In this document: piece by piece, positions 61,375 through 64,000 of the stretch
Position numbering within the stretch: position 1 is the first letter of the stretch
How the letters are laid out: each line of letters starts with the position of its first letter
Assembly (NCBI GenBank): GCA_001303125.1
Contig: LJNE01000001.1
Location: forward strand, 81,737 to 145,736
Source of the DNA: Parcubacteria bacterium DG_74_1
GTDB lineage: Bacteria; Patescibacteriota; Minisyncoccia; Minisyncoccales; DG-74-1
Length of the DNA: 64,000 nt
Direction of reading: 5' to 3'
Notes under the pieces: model-generated
Databases searched by the model: none
What the model was told of the DNA's origin: nothing
Seen by the model: the letters and a program-made list of their open reading frames with translations, nothing else
Program-made: the position numbers and the translations under genes

Positions 61375-61380
61375 ATTTTA
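61375..61380 (-). promoter_or_regulatory. -10-like TAAAAT 8 nt upstream of the yebC ATG
   Basis: The plus strand reads atttta at 61375-61380. The start complement is at 61364-61366. Confidence 0.4.
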
Positions 61381-61534
61381 ATCTAATTTCCCCGATAAAT
61401 CAAGAAAGAATCGCTCCGAAGAATCAGGCTGAAAATGATTATTATGAAGAAAAAATCCCTAATCTTACCCCTTCTTAAAGGTTTAAATTATTACTTCAGA
61501 GAAAGCAGCTAAGAAGGGCGCGAGTAGAAGGATA

Positions 61535-61563
61535 TTGACAAAATTTTTATAATTTGTTATAAT
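61535..61563 (+). promoter_or_regulatory. Full-consensus sigma70 promoter TTGACA-17 nt (with TGt)-TATAAT
   Basis: ttgaca at 61535-61540, tg at 61555-61556, tataat at 61558-61563. No plus-strand CDS follows. Confidence 0.65.
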
Positions 61564-61569
61564 ATTAAG

Positions 61570-61712
61570 ATTAAAACAGCCTCAGAACTGGGGGTCTGGA
61601 GTTTCTCTCAGTTGGATAGTTTGGCTTAGGCGAAGCTACTCCTCGGAAAAATTCTAAACTTAAGTTCCTAACGCTAAAGTTTGGCCCCCAGTTCTGGGAG
61701 GCTGTTTTTATT
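61570..61712 (+). ncRNA. Candidate structured small RNA of about 140 nt (6S-like closing helix; identity unknown)
   Basis: The 5' arm aaaacagcctcagaactggggg (61573-61594) pairs with the 3' arm cccccagttctgggaggctgtttt (61685-61708), giving 22 bp with a 2-nt bulge. The arm ends in a T-run. There are internal hairpins and no ATG-initiated ORF. Confidence 0.45.
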
Positions 61713-61737
61713 CTCACGCCAAAAATTGGCTTAGGAG

Positions 61738-63039
61738 TTATCCCCCTGCTACCCTCTTTACTTCTTCCATCGTCGTAACTCCATTTAAAACTTTTATTAA
61801 GCCGTCTTGTTTCATGGTTATCATTCCTTTTTTAATTATTTTTTCTTTTAGAGCGGCGATAGAAGGAGAGGTCAAAATAAATTTTTCCATCTCGTCATCG
61901 ACTAAAAAGCCTTCAAAAATCCCCACTCTCCCACGATAACCGGTAGAGTTACAATCCCGACATCCAACCGCCCTAAGAATCTTTGTTGCTGTGGTAACCT
62001 TATGAGGTTTTATTTTTAAAGAACCTAATTCCTTTTTTATTTCTTTGAACTCTTCCACTGATGGTTTTTCAAATTTGGCGCATTTTTTACAAACTTTTCT
62101 GACTAATCTTTGGGCTATAGCTAGGTTAATGGCCGGTGCGATGTTGACTGGCTTTTCTCCTAAGGCTTGGATTCTGGCTATTGTCCCAGCTGCGTCATTG
62201 GTATGTAAAGTAGTAAATACTAAATGGCCGGTTAGGGCGGCCTGGAGGGCGATGCTAGCTGTTTCCAGATCTCTGATTTCTCCCACTAGAACCACATCTG
62301 GATCCTGTCTCATTATCGATTTTAGACCCGAAGCAAAACCGTAGCCCCTTTCGGGGGTCGTTTGAGTTTGGGAAATTCCCTCCAAATGATATTCAATTGG
62401 GTCCTCAATGGTGATGATCTTTATCTCCGGTTTTTGGAGTTTTTTTAGAAAAGCGTAAAGAGTAGTCGTCTTCCCCGAGCCAGTTGGTCCAGTGACAATT
62501 ATCATTCCGTTCGGTTTTTTTATTTCCTTTTTGAAAATTTGGAGAAGGCCTTCCCTTATGCCCAAAGACTCCATGTCAATTAAGTTTTTAGGGTTTAAGA
62601 TTCGTAGTACAATTGACTCTCCATATTCAGCCGGCAGGACCGAAGACCTAACCTCTATAGCAGTTTCCTCTAGGGCTATAGAAAACCGGCCGTCTTGAGG
62701 CCGGTCAGTAATATTTAATTTAAGGCCAGAGGTAAGCTTTATTCTAGACAAGAGGGCTTCGTAAGTTCCCTTTTCTATAAATAAAACGTCTTGTAAAATC
62801 CCGTCAACACGGGAGCGAATTTTTACCTTTTCTTCTAATGGTTCGATATGGATATCGGAAACCTCTAAGGCTATCGCTCCCCCCAGAATGATTTCTAATA
62901 TTTCAGTCACCTCTTTTTTAAAAGAGGTGACAATTTTTTCTTTGAAATCGGCGATATTTTTTACCTCCTTTTTGAGCTGGGAGAATTTTGCCGTGGAAAT
63001 CATGACCTCGCCGGTAATCTTTTTTGAAACTTCAGGCAT
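61738..63039 (-). CDS. pilB: GspE/PilB-family secretion/type IV pilus assembly ATPase
   Basis: Walker A VTGPTGSGKTTTLY, Asp box, Walker B DPDVVLVGEIRD, His box, tetracysteine CKKC...CRDC. Confidence 0.85.
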   Translation of the reverse strand: MPEVSKKITGEVMISTAKFSQLKKEVKNIADFKEKIVTSFKKEVTEILEIILGGAIALEVSDIHIEPLEEKVKIRSRVDGILQDVLFIEKGTYEALLSRIKLTSGLKLNITDRPQDGRFSIALEETAIEVRSSVLPAEYGESIVLRILNPKNLIDMESLGIREGLLQIFKKEIKKPNGMIIVTGPTGSGKTTTLYAFLKKLQKPEIKIITIEDPIEYHLEGISQTQTTPERGYGFASGLKSIMRQDPDVVLVGEIRDLETASIALQAALTGHLVFTTLHTNDAAGTIARIQALGEKPVNIAPAINLAIAQRLVRKVCKKCAKFEKPSVEEFKEIKKELGSLKIKPHKVTTATKILRAVGCRDCNSTGYRGRVGIFEGFLVDDEMEKFILTSPSIAALKEKIIKKGMITMKQDGLIKVLNGVTTMEEVKRVAGG

Positions 63040-63105
63040 AAAGAGTTAAAATTAAAACAAGCCCCTCAGTTGTTTAAATCTATCCCATTCTTTTTTAAAA
63101 GTCAA

Positions 63106-63561
63106 ATGAGAAAAAAATACCTAACCAAGGGCCCAGCTCAAACCAAAAAATTAGGGGAAATTTTAGCCAAAGAAATCCTCAAAGCTAACCCAGGAAAAAG
63201 ATTGATTATCGGTCTAGAAGGAGATTTAGGTGGGGGAAAAACAACCTTCCTCCAGGGGTTCGCCCAGGGGCTAGGAATAAAGGAAAAGGTGTCAAGCCCG
63301 ACCTTCGTTATTTTGAGAAAGTTCAGGATTAAGAACCCGAGATTTAAAAACCTTTACCATATTGACTGCTATAGAATCCAAAAGCCGAAAGAGATTTTGG
63401 ATTTAGGGTTCAAAGAGATTATTTCCGACCATCAAAACATCGCGGTTATTGAGTGGGCTGATAAAATAAAGAATTTTTTACCTGGGGGATCTTTGATTCT
63501 GAAATTTCAATTCGTCGACAAAAACAGCCGGGAAATATGGTTGATCAAAAGAAAAGGCTAA
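63106..63561 (+). CDS. tsaE: tRNA t6A biosynthesis ATPase TsaE
   Basis: LEGDLGGGKTTFLQG P-loop, SPTFVI and HIDCYR blocks. ATG at 63106. Confidence 0.8.
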   Translation: MRKKYLTKGPAQTKKLGEILAKEILKANPGKRLIIGLEGDLGGGKTTFLQGFAQGLGIKEKVSSPTFVILRKFRIKNPRFKNLYHIDCYRIQKPKEILDLGFKEIISDHQNIAVIEWADKIKNFLPGGSLILKFQFVDKNSREIWLIKRKG

Positions 63562-64000
63562 TTATTATTGACAGTAATTCCGTTATTCACCGAGCCTATC
63601 ACGCCCTCCCTCTTTTAACCACTAAAAAAGGGGAAATAGTAAACGCGGTTTATGGATTTTTACTAGTCTTTTTTAAAGCAATTAAAGATTTTCAACCGGA
63701 TTTTATGGTTGCCTGTTTTGATTTACCGGGGCCAACTTTCCGACATAAAAAATTTAAAGAATATAAAGCTAAACGGCCACCAGCTCCAGAGGAATTATAC
63801 CAGCAAATCCCCAAGGTAAAAAAAGTTTTGAGAGGGTTTAATGTTCGAATTTTTGAAAAAGAAAGCTATGAAGCCGACGACATTATTAGTACGATTGCCG
63901 GCTTGGCCCTGAGAAAGCAGGTTCTGCCAAAATTAGAAATTATTATTTTGAGCGGCGATACCGATAATCTACAGCTTGTTAATTCTCAAACGAAAGTTTA
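63537..64000 (+). CDS. polA: DNA polymerase I, 5'-3' exonuclease domain (partial, runs off the window)
   Basis: Own translation gives MVDQKKRLIIIDSNSVIHRAYHALPLLTTKKGEIVNAVYGF...FDLPGPTFRHKKFKEYKAKR...EADDIISTIA...LSGDTDNLQLV. Confidence 0.8.
   Translation, partial: MVDQKKRLIIIDSNSVIHRAYHALPLLTTKKGEIVNAVYGFLLVFFKAIKDFQPDFMVACFDLPGPTFRHKKFKEYKAKRPPAPEELYQQIPKVKKVLRGFNVRIFEKESYEADDIISTIAGLALRKQVLPKLEIIILSGDTDNLQLVNSQTKV

Noticed and set aside
61570-61712. Assigning the structured RNA specifically as 6S, SRP or tmRNA
   Set aside because: No SRP domain IV motif, no tRNA-like ends and no RNase P conserved regions are present. A 6S identity cannot be proven by eye, so it is reported only as an unknown structured sRNA candidate.

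Overview
Low-GC, tightly packed bacterial window (hand counts give about 38% GC in typical genes). It spans the chromosomal origin neighbourhood: rpmH-rnpA-yidD-yidC-jag on the minus strand, divergent from dnaA-dnaN at about 52.6-55.7 kb. The gene content suggests a small-genome Patescibacteria/CPR-like organism, but this is inference only. The supporting traits are 0-4 nt gene junctions, tRNAs without encoded CCA, GLVPCG-type TrbC-like pilins, a mevalonate pathway, a PilB-type ATPase and many leaderless-looking starts.

The window has four blocks.

(1) 1-25 kb is an almost entirely minus-strand lipid supercluster. It holds bacterial acyl-lipid genes (accC, plsC, fabZ, fabG, a deleted fabK, plsY, DegV/Dak2) and a complete-looking mevalonate/isoprenoid set (thiolase, HMG-CoA synthase and reductase, mvk, mvaD, idi, prenyl synthase). 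It also holds archaeal-flavoured enzymes: a geranylgeranyl-reductase-like protein, a UbiA prenyltransferase, a CarS/DUF46-like CDP-archaeol synthase, a CDP-alcohol phosphatidyltransferase, a DUF359 dephospho-CoA kinase and a DUF35-type protein. The second GHMP kinase is broken by frameshifts, and a two-gene cassette of about 55-60% GC is inserted beside it.

(2) 25-38 kb holds four tRNAs, two of which directly abut CDS starts. It also holds cca, an orphan pilin flanked by decayed tRNA-Lys copies, an rpsO-NYN-pnp operon and large envelope proteins.

(3) 38.6-50.8 kb is the main candidate system. It is a relaxase-less, coupling-protein-less T4SS-like module: a split VirB4, PrgI/VirB3-like and VirB6/TrbL-like proteins, and pilin domains fused to very large Cys-rich ectodomains, including a 1280-aa pilin fusion.

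(4) 50.8-64 kb is the origin region plus housekeeping genes. It also carries a strongly promoted, roughly 140-nt structured ncRNA candidate next to pilB/gspE.

No CRISPR array, rRNA, transposase or integrase was seen.
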